From the NCBI RefSeq assembly GCF_009914755.1, contig NC_060939.1: a stretch of DNA of 64,000 bases. The stretch is one strand, 5' to 3'. Shown piece after piece: positions 31,401-45,800 of the stretch (positions are counted from its first letter, which is position 1; each line of letters starts with the position of its first letter). The translations under genes were made by a program, and so were the position numbers. The stretch comes from the human T2T-CHM13v2.0 reference genome, Homo sapiens. The notes under the pieces are model-generated. The model ran no database searches and was not told the DNA's origin. It saw nothing but the letters and a program-made list of their open reading frames with translations.

Positions 31401-33640
31401 ACCTTTCACTAGGCCTTACTTCCAACATTAGGGATCAAATTTCAACATGAGATTTGGAGGGGACAAATATCCAAACTGTATCAGTGTCTTACTTTGTAAT
31501 TTATTTATTTCTAGCGGCTTTCTTTGATTTCTTTATCTGTTGCATATCTACTTTAGTTTTTCTTTGTGGTTACCCTAAAGCTCACAGAAATATCTTTTAT
31601 AGTATTGGGTAACCATATTTTAAACTGATAAGCAACTTAACTTTGACTGTGTACAAAAACTCTATACTTTAACTTCTCCTCCCCTCACTTTTTATGTTTT
31701 TATTTCACAATTTACATCTTTTTATACAATCTTCCCATTACCACAGTTATTGTGCCTAGAATTATTTTTGTTTTTTAGCTTTTATAACACAATAAAAGTG
31801 ATTAATACCAAACATAAGTAATACAGTATCAGAGTAATCTGAATTTGATAATACTCCTATTTTTACTTTGCATTTTATATTTTAATCTGTTTTTGTGTTG
31901 GTAGCATCCTTTCGTTTAACCTGGAAAAACTTCCTTTGGCATTTCTTATAAGGCAGATTTAGTGATGGTGAAATGCCATAGCTTGTGTTTGTCTGAGGAA
32001 GTCCTTATCTTGCCTTCATTTTGGAAGGACAGCCTTCTGTATATAGTAGTCTTAATTGACAGTTGTTTTCTTTCACGGTTGGAATATATCATCCCATGTC
32101 CGCCTGGCCTGGATGGTTTCCACTGAAAATCTGCTGATGGTCTCATGAAAGTTCCTTTGTGTGTGATGAGTTACTTTTCTCTTACTGCTTTCAAGATTCT
32201 TTGTCTTTGACAATTTTATGATGTCTGAGTAAAGATTTCTTTATATTTGAGGTTCTTTGGGCTTCATGGATCCATTTGTATATTCATCTCTCCAGATTTG
32301 GGAAGTTTTCTGTCACTATTTCTTCACATAAGCTTTTTGCTCCTATCTCTTCATCTGCCCCTTTGGGACGTAATGTATGCTTTGGCTGGTTTGATGGTGT
32401 CCTGTAAGCCCTGTAAGCTTAGTTTACTCTTTCATTCTTTCTTCCCTTGGTCTCATTGGGTAATTTCAAGTGACCTGTCTTCAAGCTGACAGATTCTTTT
32501 TTCTGCTTTATCAAGTCTTCTGTTGAAGCTCTCAATGAAATTTTTTAGTTTGTTCACTCTGTTCTTTAGCTCCTGAACTTTGTTTCTTTTTTAATTGTTT
32601 CTCTTTGTTGAATTTCTTATTTTTTCTTGTGAACTATACATTTTGTTTAGTTTTCTATATGTGCTCTCCTGTAGCTCACTGAGTTTCTTGAAGATAATTT
32701 AAATTATTTGTCAGGCAGTTTGTACATTTCTTTAGGGCTAAGTACTGATTCTTTATCTTTTTTTTTTCCTTTGGCAGTATGTTTCCCAGTTTATTCATAA
32801 TCTGTGTGGCTTTGCATTGGTGTCTGCGCATTTGAAGAAGTAGGCATCTATTCCAGTTTACATCCTGGTTTTGGCAGGGAAAGCCCTTCTCCACTCAGTG
32901 TCCAGAGATTCTGGGAAGGGCATCTGGCAGAATCTGCAGGTCGGGTTGTGGCTGCAGCCCTTCAGCAGGCTGTCCTGGCCACTGGATTAGCAGGTAGGCT
33001 GGTCTGGCACCTGGGTCCTTAGAGGATGGCCTAGTACCTGGATCCACCAGAGCAAGACTGGAACTTGGGTCCCCTGTGGCAGGCCTGTTTCCTGGGTCCA
33101 ATGGCTGCTGGCCTGGTGAGCTGCAAGTGCTGGCCTGGTAGACAGTGGCATGGATTCTGGGGCCATGTAGGCTGACCTGAAACCTGAGGCTGCAGGAGGC
33201 TGCCTAGAGCCTGAAGTGGCAAGAGCTGGCCTAGCATCATTAAGTTGTGCCTGGAATCTTGATCTCTGTTTCTCAGGCCTGGGGTTGTGGGGTTGGCCTG
33301 TTTCTGGGTTTCACTGGGGCAGGCCTGGTGCTGGGTTCAACAGCAAAGTCTAGTGTTTACTTCACTCTCATCCCTCTACTCAGTGGGTATCTCTCTCTGG
33401 GCTGTGCTGCCTGGGCTTATTGGGTGGGGGGGTTTACATGGTAATATAAAACTATTATTCTTACCTTCTTTAATGTATCTTCTCTTGTTTCTCTGCTACA
33501 CTCCAGTGCTCTAATCTCTTATCTTGATTCCTCAGCTCCTCTGAAGGTATTTTTATGTGTGGATAGTTGTTTGAATTAATTTTTCTGTGAGAGAATGAGT
33601 GCTGGAAGGTCGCGTTGTGCTATCTTGCTGATGTCACTCC
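28500..33640 (-). mobile_element. Old L1M element with 5' end present and 3' end missing
   Basis: Antisense ORF2/ORF1 remnants (e.g. ORF 29532-29720 LETYNLPR...GP); ends ctatcttgctgatgtcactcc. Confidence 0.88.
31064..31483 (-). mobile_element. MSTA/MSTB solo LTR
   Basis: TG..CA termini with 5-bp TSD gtgtc (31059, 31484). Confidence 0.9.
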
Positions 33641-35533
33641 TTATTGTTCCCTTTTGGAACTATGTGAAGGCATGCATTTAGATGGGATCAAGACCCCAAA
33701 TAGTGCTTAATACCCTATAGGAGTGACCAATAACAAGGATAATAGAGGATCTTCAGTCCATTTCTAGAGCACTAAAAGCTGCGTAGAGGAATATCAGAGC
33801 TCTGTTACTGGAGGTAAACATAATCATTCTGAGACATGAGGTCCTTACTTAGAAATAAGTACCTATTGTTACTGCCAACTTCCCAGAGTGTCAGAAATTC
33901 TGCTGTTAAGTGTCGGCACTTTCCCCTACCCCAAATTGGAATGAAATGTAACATCATTCTGTTCAAAGTTCCCATAGAGCTTGGAAAGCTGCTTATGGTA
34001 TTAGTTAGCCAGGGTGCCATCTTCAAGCCTCCACATCATCCTATAATGCTCAATATGCAGCTTGAACTAGGAGTAATCGATGCATCAAGATTGAGGTCCA
34101 ATCACAGCTTTCTAAGATGAGTGAGTTTGTTGTCAACTGGCAATTCTGCTTGTTTTATGAAAAAAGAGGAAACTCTGGCTTCTTTTACCTGAGTACCTGC
34201 CACTAGAACATCACAGCTTGAGGGGGTGCACATCTCTAAAAATCAGGGCCAAGCTTGTGACCGTATATTTTCCCCCTTTCTACCTGTTCACATTTTATAT
34301 GATTTCCATGTAGGGAGTTTATATCCAGAGGTTCATCTTCAGTCAACTACCACCATGCTTAAGATGTTTTTGTGGAGAATTGCTCTTTTGTGTCCACTGG
34401 GCCTTCCATTTTGGGAAGCAAGTACTCACTTCTCCTCTGCCATTACATTCAAATCTATACTTGGCAGCCAGCATTGTATCACACATGTCCACACATAGGC
34501 AGAGTTTATTATTTATGAGAACATTCTATCAGCAAGATGCCAAGAAAGATGTTTTCTCCCTTGCCTACAATCTTCCCATTTCACCCCACTCACTGTTGGG
34601 CCTATAAATGCATTTCATCCTAGGTAATCAAGGATTAGGCCAATAGTCTCCTAAGCAGGAGACATAGACTTGCTGGAGTTCAGATTCTAAGTTTGGGTCA
34701 CTTTCTTCATAAATATATAGAAAAAAATTCCTCTGTTACATAGTAGGGAAGCAAGCTATAGTCCCCTGAAGATTTGTTGTACAAACTTGAAAATAGCCTG
34801 AAACCTATTTTGCTGTTTACAGTTTTTATTTTTTTTAAAAAAGTCCTTTGATTTATTTAGGTTTAACTATTATAATTAAAGCAAAATTATGTTGAAGACT
34901 ACATAATAATTACATATTAAGACATTACATTCTCAGAGTCTGTGAAACAAGGATGGCTTTATAACTTAAAAGTGCTAAAACCATGATAATCTTTGTCACA
35001 TAGGATAAATTACCTGATGACACAGCTGCAGCCTCTTCCTCTATAAAATGTAGCTTGCATCTACTTTTGAAATAACCTAGCCTTTATAATATGAACTTAA
35101 TATAGAATATAATATGAACCCCATATAGAACTTAATATGGGACCTGACACATAGCAGGTGTTGAGTAATTATTGTTGAATTTAAATATAGAAAAGGAACT
35201 CAGTTGAAACAGACAACTTTATTAACAACCTGCAGGGGAATTTCTCTTGTCATTACCTGCTCAACAAATAGATCCATACCATGGGTGCCATGGCCCTGTC
35301 TCCTCTCAAAAGCCTAATCCTGCTTGGGCTAGTTGTAAAGCATGTTGTCTACATCATAGAGGAGAAAAGGCAATGATCCAGAGCTCCATTTGCCTAAATC
35401 ACATGAGAAAGTTTTCCTGCATTTCTAATAATTACTGGCAGCCCCCAAGAACCTAGATATTCCCAGCTAACAAACATATGTTAAAGCCAGAGTCCCTCTT
35501 TCACATTTGTTCTGCAGGTTTATAGCAGAATAT

Positions 35534-36150
35534 TGTGGTGAATTGATCCCTGATCCCTCAATCCCCTTATTTAAGTACAGCTTTGGTGCAAACTTTTATA
35601 CTTATTGAACTTATTGCACATGCTTATTAGTTGCACTCTGCTTTCTTGCTTTAGGGCTTTCTCTGAAGCCATAGAAGTCTCCTCAGTCTACTTATAGTTA
35701 CAGTCTGAAAGGTCAGGAGCATCAACCAATGAGTTATGGGAATAGGTTGATAAATGCTTTAATATCCTTGTCCCTCAGTGGAAAGGATCTGAGGTGTGTT
35801 CCACATGGTTCCTCTAAGGGTCACCAGAGGAATGGAACCCTGGATATCTACAGTATGGTAAAGGGTGTTCCTTTTCTTTCATTAAATCTCTGCCTCCTGG
35901 TCAATGTCTATGGTAGCACCAAAGGCCGTATAGAATCAAAGAGGCTGTCGGTTCATTGGAAAAGGGAGTGTTCCAGATGACAATGAAGACAAATAAGGCC
36001 AGGGCATTTGGCCCTTCTTAGATTTTCTTCCTCTTCTGCCTCACTGGCCCACCTCCTTCACCCCTGTTTCCTCAGGAAAGCCCTCCCAGAAAACAATATG
36101 GAATCATGACCTGTCTTGGGCTTTCTTCCTGGGGTACATAGACTAAGGTA
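35534..36150 (+). mobile_element. LTR16-like ERVL LTR
   Basis: accaatgagttatggga, ctgaggtgtgttccacatgg and a typical 3' end. Confidence 0.6.
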
Positions 36151-37554
36151 GAGGCTGTGATGCCCTACAAGCACTGGTTCTTTCGACCTCACATAACGGA
36201 AGAACTTCAAATAGAGATTTTATGCTGGCATAAAGATACTGGCAATAAATTGTCAAGTCAGAAAAATACCTACAGATGGAAATTAAAAGTCACTAATCCA
36301 CTTTAAACATAATACCCATTATGGACCCCACTGCCTTTGGTAACAGTATTGCCTTTGCAGATCCTGCAAATCTTTTATAAACTATACAATTTAATACAAA
36401 TATAATGCAATTTAATGTTTACATTTAAGACACTAACCTTTAAAATCAGCCTTAGGCTTTGGAATACTTTTGAAATTTTTTTTATTTTTGAGGTGCCATG
36501 AGCTTTCAAATACCTGGTGTCTGTCAGTATCTGAGTCTTTGCCCCTGGCTTATTCTCTCCGTAGAGAAGGATTTCCATCGTTAGAAGCACTTTTTTTCTC
36601 TTAGAAATGAAGCACAGTTTATTCTTAAGAACTCGCTTGGGACTTGCTCAAAGGATTGTACCAAGATGCTTGTTCAGACATGGTGACTTCCTTCAAGGTC
36701 AGTTTTGCACTCATTTTGATCCCGTTGCCAAGTTGTTTACCTCAATGAAATGTCAAGGTTGTATCGTTTTGGCACAACATCACAATCTGAACAGGCAACT
36801 CTGCCTCTTGCCTCCCCAAAGACTTGGAAAATTAGGATGATGTAGTGATGTAATTTTTCTTGTGGGGTGATAGATCCTGTGCCATGATTCATTGTCTAAG
36901 TTCTCAAGGCCAGTGCTAAATAGCAGAGCAGATGAACTCATATCTCCTGAACTCGAATATTTCCTGAAATAAATGATAGATTCTAGCCCAGAAGCATATA
37001 GCTAGGGAAGATCTACAGGGTGGAGTAATTTTGGGCAGATCACTTAGTAACAGAACTTCAGCTTCCTCCTTAATAAAAGCAAGAATCATCTACCAATGAG
37101 GTTTATTTGTAAGGATTTTTAAAAGAATGCCTAGGAAGTACAAGCAAAACAGGATGTTCTTGGTAACTGCTGAACTTTAAAAGGCTACAGTGAACTCCTA
37201 AACTGAACTATCATAATAAAAATTTGCATGGGTTCTGGCATATGGATGGTAGAAGTGAATCTTCAGAAGTGAGTCCCAGTAAAAAAAAAAATACTCGGGT
37301 AGAAGGAAAGGGAGATTAATTTAACTTTTATCACAGACCTGCAGGTATTGATTGGGGTGGAAGGGTCTTTTTGTATATTAATGTGTTAGGTATAAAATCA
37401 TGTAGATTATAGGGTCTTTAGCACAACTGACTGAGCCAGTCTTCCAATCGCCCACATCTAATTTTGAGTTTATGAGGACGTTCATTTCCCTAGATGCTAT
37501 AAATTAGCTTAATTACATGCCAGATTTAAAGGGATATCATTTGAAAATTCATGT

Positions 37555-37767
37555 TTTTCCTCCTTCCCCAGTCATGTAAGACGTGCCTGCTTCCCCTTCA
37601 CCTTCCATTATTAGAAGTTTCCTGAGGTCTCTCCAGAAGCCAAGCAGATGCCAGCATCATGCTTCCTGCACAACCTGTGAAACCATGAGCCAATCAAACC
37701 TCTTTTCTTTATAAATTACCCAGTTTCAGGTATTTATTTATAATAATGTGAGAATGAACAAATACAT
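37555..37767 (+). mobile_element. MSTA 3' half
   Basis: aaacctcttttctttataaattacccagt...aataca. Confidence 0.85.
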
Positions 37768-39299
37768 CCATGTAATTTAGTAAACTTGCATCCCCTATAG
37801 TAAGCAACCCATGAGACAGGAATACATGCTGAGATCAATGTAAACCTCTGAATGTGTCAAAACTAGAGAACAGTATAGGATTGGGGTTATATCCTTCCAA
37901 AATGAGCTCCAAATAACCAACAGGTTAACTAAGCTTCCTATCTCAAACTGCGAACTATGAGAAAATGTCACTGGCTCCATCAGGTATGTTTGTGTCTGTG
38001 TAGATATCAGGTTAAATGGAAACTTTGTCATGATCTAGGACTTTTTTTCCCTAGGACTAAATGTAGAGTTTATTTTTTCACATTCCTTGTAGGAACAGAA
38101 AGTTTGATGAAAGAAAATACTAAATGTTTAATAAATGCAAAACCTAAGGGATATTATACAGCAATAAAAATAATTGAAGTAAAGCTACACATAACTTGGA
38201 AGTTAATAAAAACAAATCCATAACAATTGCATAGCATATCATTTATTGATAACATTAAAACTAGCAAAACTAAATATTGCTTAGGCATATGTTATGAAAC
38301 CAAAAGAAAGGGTACAATGAAGATCATAAGAGTGATTATGGTGAGAAACGTCAGGAAAACGGGATTTGGTAAGAAAATGTGTATATGTAATTAATTAGCG
38401 ATGCTTTAGTTTTAGGACTAGATGGTGAGTTTATTATTTATATATGGGAGTAACATCGGTATTATACAGATGAAGAGACCTAGACTTGTTCATTACCTTG
38501 CAAATAGATTGTCAACCATCTCTTCTCTCACTGATACCAGCCTCTTTGCCTTGTCAATGATGACCACCTCCAACTGATCCTTCTCTTACTGTAACAACAG
38601 TAGTCTAATTCTTCTTTTACCAAGACTTGTAGGGAACCTTTCTCTGTTTTTCAATTGTTTCCATTGCACTTTGCAGACCAGCATTTGATAATTTGGCCAC
38701 CAGTCAAGCTGTTTGGCCTCCAGTGTTGACACAATGTCTCAAATCTACTGAAAAGCCTTCAGTGGCATGAACAAAAAGCTGACTGTATACTTGAACATGA
38801 TAATGGTATAATTGAAAGCATTTGCATTTAATCTTAGCATTACCACTTAATGACTTCTGGTAAATCACTTAGTGACACAGTTTTAGCTTTATCCAAAATA
38901 GACGTGTGTCCTCTCAGGTATATAATGAGGTTTAGTGGAAAAATTTAGCCATCTAGCAAGTTAATCTATTCAGTAGATGGGGCAATGTTTATTCCTTTTT
39001 TGGTATAAATTTAAATGGTACAAGTACAGTTTTGTTATTAAGCTAGAGACCCCAGGCTCTGATCTCTACCATACACACATTCAGGGCTATAAATGCTTTG
39101 ACTAAACAATCTCTTTAAAAATACCTAGTTCAGAATAGTTAATTTTATTATGTATTTTCACAAATCTATCTGAGATTAAACTGGATGGTCCCAAATTATA
39201 CTACCACATTTTGAAACAAAAATCTCAAACCAGATCTTTCTATGGTAAAACATAGGGTGTTCTTGGTATTAGTGCCTGTTTATAAATCATTTCATCTTA

Positions 39300-40325
39300 A
39301 GATATTTGGTCACCTCTAGATTGGAATATCTCAGAGCCTTTTCCAGATAGTGTTAGGTAGCCTTTCACCTTTTGTCCTATAGAGCTATCTACATACAAAG
39401 ATTCTCTACTTTACCAATCTTCAGCGATATCACCACTGATATCACCAAAGATTTTACCTTCTTGATGGTCTCTCTCCTAAGTTCATCATGGTTGGTAATC
39501 ACTAGAGAGAAGTATGATGTGAGGAATACAACATGATTCTTCCCAGCGAGACAAAGAACTTAAAAAATGTACACATACACCATTGAGGGAAACCAATGAT
39601 GGGATTAGACCTGGCTATTAGAAACTGACTCAGCTTGGAGTCAGAAGGGATATAGTAGGTCTTATATAAACAAGATGCTTGCCTACAGCTTCACTTCATG
39701 CTTCTTTCACTATTCTATTAGAATCTACTACCTTTTGTTATTTCAGTTTTTCACTCTATGCCACACCCACCCAGGGAGCAAACACATGGTATCATCCATC
39801 TTATAACACCTGATCTTACCAAGGACAAAGGACCATGCTGAATGGGAAGTGGTACACTTCCAGCCTGCCCTCCTCAAAACTCATAATGAGCTAAGACAAG
39901 TGCTAACTTTATACTGGGTAGAGAAAAAGGTCCAGAATGGGTAGGGTGAGAAAATATTTTATATATCTTACCTTAAAATGTAGAATGCATTGTTAAAGTC
40001 ATGAAAGGTAACTGACAGGAGATTTAACAATATCTCTATGAAGAAATCACTGCTTTTGTCCCTGCCCACCAAGTAAGTTGGCAGGGCCCAGGATTTGTTC
40101 TATCTCATGAATGACTCTTATATTATGGGTCCATCTCCTGGAAATCCTAGGTTTTATATACAAGTTATTAACTTAAAAAATATAATTCTGACAAGGAATG
40201 CCATAGCCTTCCATATTCAATTCCATGATAGCTTATCCCCTAGAGAGGATGTCTTAGGCCTGGCTGAGCCAAAGGTTTATATAACCCCCAAAAGAGCTAC
40301 AGCAAGGAGTCATCAATGCAGTAGG
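39300..40325 (-). pseudogene. EZHIP-like paralog copy F (5' part resumes at ~53430-53620 beyond the repeat block)
   Basis: aggaatgccatagccttc (40194) vs aggatgccaatagcaaccttc (58509); cagcaaggagtcatcaatgca (40300) vs the LTR-free copy D junction; ggaggggttgtt (53466) vs ggaggggctgct (59895). Confidence 0.6.
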
Positions 40326-40399
40326 CCAAGTTCTCATGATTATTAAAACTCATATGGTCAAGAACAGAGAACTGAAACCCTAACCATTGTGGGTACTTA

Positions 40400-41375
40400 T
40401 AATGTTTTCTGTGTTTACCCATATTGTGGCATGTATTAGCCCTTTATTCTCTTTTATGGCTGAACAACATTCAATTATATGGATATACACCAAGTTGTTT
40501 ATCCATTTTATCAGTTGATAGGTATTTGGGTTGTTTCTGCCTTTTATGTTTTGTGAATAGTGCTGCTATAAATATTTGTGTATAGCAGCTTGTTAGAATA
40601 CCTGTTTTCAGTCCTTTGGGGGTACATACCTAAGAGTGGAATTGCTGGGTCACATGGTAATTCTATGTTTAACTTCGAGGAAGTGCTAAACTGTTTTCCA
40701 GTGGCTTCACTATTTTCCATTTCCACTAGTCATGTATGAGGTTTTCAATTTCTTTACATAACAACACTTGTTTTCCTCTTTAAAAATTAGCAGTCCTAGT
40801 GGGCATTAAGAAAAGAAAGAAATTTTTATCTGAAGAATACAAGTCATTTTACTTATCAGGTCCACATATACATTAAAATGAGATTAAAATTATGCTCTAC
40901 TTCTTGCTTTCAGCTATGTATTCATCTCTTGAAACTGCAGGCTATTGCCACAAGTAACTATAAATTAACCTGATAATGCCATACTGGACACTATAACCCA
41001 CATCATATAGCTTAACTTAACATATACCCAATCACTAATCAATGTTATTTCTGTAAACCAGTGAGAATTCCTGGTGAACAACTTTGTGTCAGTCCACTCC
41101 CTGTCTCTGTTTTTTTTTTTTTAAACCTTTAAAAATTCACTTGTAACTACTGCTAATTGTATATTGAGTATATTGAGGGCAACTCGAATCTATGCTCACA
41201 GGTTGCAGTGCTCAAGCTTTGCCCCAAAAAACGCTCTACTTATATTAATTTTGCCTCAGTTTCTTTCTTGTAGGTTGACAGTGTGAATCAGTATCTCATT
41301 ATGGTTTTGATTTATATTTCCCTAATGACTACAGGAGTTCGGCATCTTTTCATGTGCTAGTTGGCAAGTTATATA
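40400..41375 (-). mobile_element. L1MB fragment interrupted by a plus-strand ERV1 (MER4-group) LTR at ~40806-41280
   Basis: L1 text resumes after ...aggttgaca. Confidence 0.75.
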
Positions 41376-42810
<1,435 letters not shown>

Positions 42811-45800
42811 AATATGGCCATTTTCATGCTATGATTCTTTCTATCCATTAGTATGGAATATTTTTCTATTTGTGTCCTCTCTGATTTCTTTGAGAAGTGA
42901 TTTGTAGTTCTCCTTTAAGAGGTCCTTCACTTCCCTTGTTAGCTGTATTCTTATGTATTTTATTCTCTTTGTAGCGATTGTGAATGGGAGTTCATTCACA
43001 ATTTGGCTCTCAGCTTCACTGTTGTTGGGGTATAGAAATGCTTGTGATTTCTGCACATTGATTTTGTATCCTGAGACTTTGCTGAAGTTGCTTATCAGCT
43101 TAAGAAGATTTGGGGCTGAGACAAAGGGATTTTTTAGATATAGGATCATGTAATCAGCAAAGACAATTTGACTTCCTCTCTTCCTATTTGATTACCCTTT
43201 ATTTCTTTTTCTTGCCTGATTGCCCTCGCCAGAACTTCCAATACTATGTTGAATAGGAGTGGTGAGAGAGAGCATCCTTGTCTTGTGCCAGTTTTCAAGG
43301 CAAATGCTTCCAGCTGTTGCCCATTTAGTATAATATTGGCTGTGGGTTTGTCATAAATGGCCCTTATTATTTTGAGGTATGTTCCTTCAGCCTTCAGTAC
43401 CTAGTTTATTGAGAGGTTTTTTTTTTTTTTTTGAGATTGAGTCTTGCTTTTGTCACCCAGGCTGGAGTGAAAATGGCATGATCTTGGCTCACTGCAACTT
43501 CTGCCTCCTGAGTAGCTGGGACTACAGGCACCCACCACCATGCCCGGCTAATTTTTGTATTTTTATTGGAGATGGGTTTCACCATATTGGTCAGGCTGGT
43601 CTCGAACTCCTGACCTCAGGTGATCATCCTGCCTTGGCTTCCCAAAGTGCTGGGATTACACGCATGAGCCGCTGTGCCCGACTGAGAATTTTTAACATGA
43701 AGGGATGTTGAATTTTATCGAAGGACTTCTCTGCATCTATTGAGATAATCATGTGATTTTTGTATTTAGATCTGTTTATGTGATGAATTACATTTATTGA
43801 TTTGCATATGTTGAACCATCCTTACATCCCAGCAATGAAGCCAGCTTGATCATGTTGGATAAGCTTTTTGATGTACTGCTGTATTTGGTTTGCCAGTATT
43901 TTATTGAGAATTATTACATTGATGTTCATCAGGGATACTGGCCTGAAGCTTTCTGTTTTGGTTGTATCTCTGCCAGGTTTTGGTATCAGGAGGATGACGG
44001 CTTCATAGAACGAGTTAAGGAGGAGTCCCTTCTTTTCATTTGTTTGGAATAGTTTCAGAAGAAAGAGTATCAGCTCCTTTTTGTATTTCTGGTAGAATTC
44101 AGCTGTAAATCGATCTGGTCCTGGGCTCTTTTTGGTTGGTAGACTATTTATTACTGCCACAATTTCAGAACTTGTTGTTGGTCTATTCAGGGATTCAATT
44201 TCTTCCTGCCTCAGTCTTGGGAGGGTGTATGTGTCCAGGAATTTATATATTTTTTCTAGATTTTCTAGTTTATTTGCATAGAGATGTTTATAGTATTCTC
44301 TGATGGTTGTCTGTATTTCTGTGGGGTCAGTGGTTATATCCCTTTATCATTTTTTGTTGTATCTATTTGATTCTTCTCTTCTTTCTTCTTTATTAGTCTA
44401 GCTAGCAGTCTATTTTGCTAATTTTTTCAAAACACCTGCTCCTGGATTCATTGATTTTTTTGAACAGTTCTTCATGTCTCTATCTCCTTCAGTTCTGCCC
44501 TGATCTTGGTTATTTCTTGTCTTCTGCCAGCTCTGATGTTTGTTTGCTCTTGGTTCTCTAGTTCTTTTAGTTGTGATACTAAGGTGTAAATTTAAGATCT
44601 TTCTGGCTTTTTGATGTGGACATTTAGTGCTATAAATTTCCCTCATAACACTGCTTTAGTTGCATCCTAGAGATTGTGGTACATTATTATTTCTTATCGG
44701 TTTCAAAGAACTTCTTGATTTCTGCCTTAATTTCATTATTTACCAAGGAGTAATTCAGGAGCAGGTTGTTCAGTTTTCATGTTGTGTGGTTTTGAGTGAG
44801 TTTCTTAATCTCGAGTTCTAATTTGATTGCATTATGTTCTGCTTTCTATGATTTCAGTTCTTTTGCATTTGCTGAGGAGTGATTTACTTCCAATTATGTG
44901 ATCAATTTTAGAGTAGATGCCTTGTGGCACCAAGAAGAATGTATATTCTGTTGTTTTGGGGTGCAGAGTTCTGTAGCTACCTATCAGGTCCTCTTGATAC
45001 AGAGCTGAGTTTAAGTCCTGATTATCTTTGTTAATATTCTTTCTTGATGATCTAATACTGACAGTGGGGTGTTACAATCTCCCACTATTATTGTGTGAGA
45101 GGCTAAATCTCTTTGTAGGTCCCTAAGAACTTGTTTTATGAATCCGGGTGCTCCTGTATTGGGTGCATATATATTTAGCATATATATACTAAATTGTTGT
45201 TGAATTGACCTCTTTACCATATGTAATGCCTTTCTTTATCTTTTTAAATATTTGTTGGTTTAAAGTCTGTTTTGTCAGAAACTAGGATTGCAACCTCTGT
45301 TCTTTTCTGTTTTCCATTTGCTTGGTAAAGTTTCCTTCATTCTTTTATTTTGAGTCTGTATGTGTCTTTGCATGTGAGATGGGTCTCTTGAATACAACAC
45401 ACAGATGGACCTTGACCCTTTATCCAGCTTCCCATTCTGTGTCTTTTAATTAGGGTGTTTATTCCATTTACATTTAAGGTTAATATTGTTGTTTGTGAAT
45501 TTGATTCTGTCATCATCACGCTCGCTGGTTATTTTGCAGACTCTTTCATGTAGTTGCTTTATAGTGTCAGTCGTCTGTGTACTTCAGTGTGTTTTTGTAG
45601 TGGCTGGTAATGGTTTTTCCTTTCCATATTTAGTGCTTTCTTCAGGATCTCTTGCAAGGCAGGCCTGCTGGTGATGAATTCCTTCAGCATTTGTTTGTGT
45701 GAAACAAATTTTATTTCTTCTTTGCTTATAAAGCTTAGTTTGACTGGATATGAAATTCTAGATTAGAAATTCTTTTCTTTAAGAATGTTGAATATTGGCT

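Larger units (their letters stand above)
28385..34690 (+). pseudogene. EZHIP-like paralog copy E, split by a ~5.1-kb L1 (segments 28385-28500 and 33645-34690)
   Basis: Matches to copy D: ataatagaggatcttcagtcca (33739) vs atgattgcaggaagcttggagccca; gacatg..tac.tag..tacct (33833); ttcatcctaggtaatcaa (34614) vs ttcatcctggctactcaa. Confidence 0.6.

Noticed and set aside
30905-31402. 165-aa minus-strand ORF
   Set aside because: Lies in an MST LTR/L1 junction; chance ORF.
39590-39675. CCAAT + TGACTCA + TATATAAA promoter-like arrangement
   Set aside because: Short motifs in AT-rich DNA, antisense within decayed copy F, with no downstream gene.
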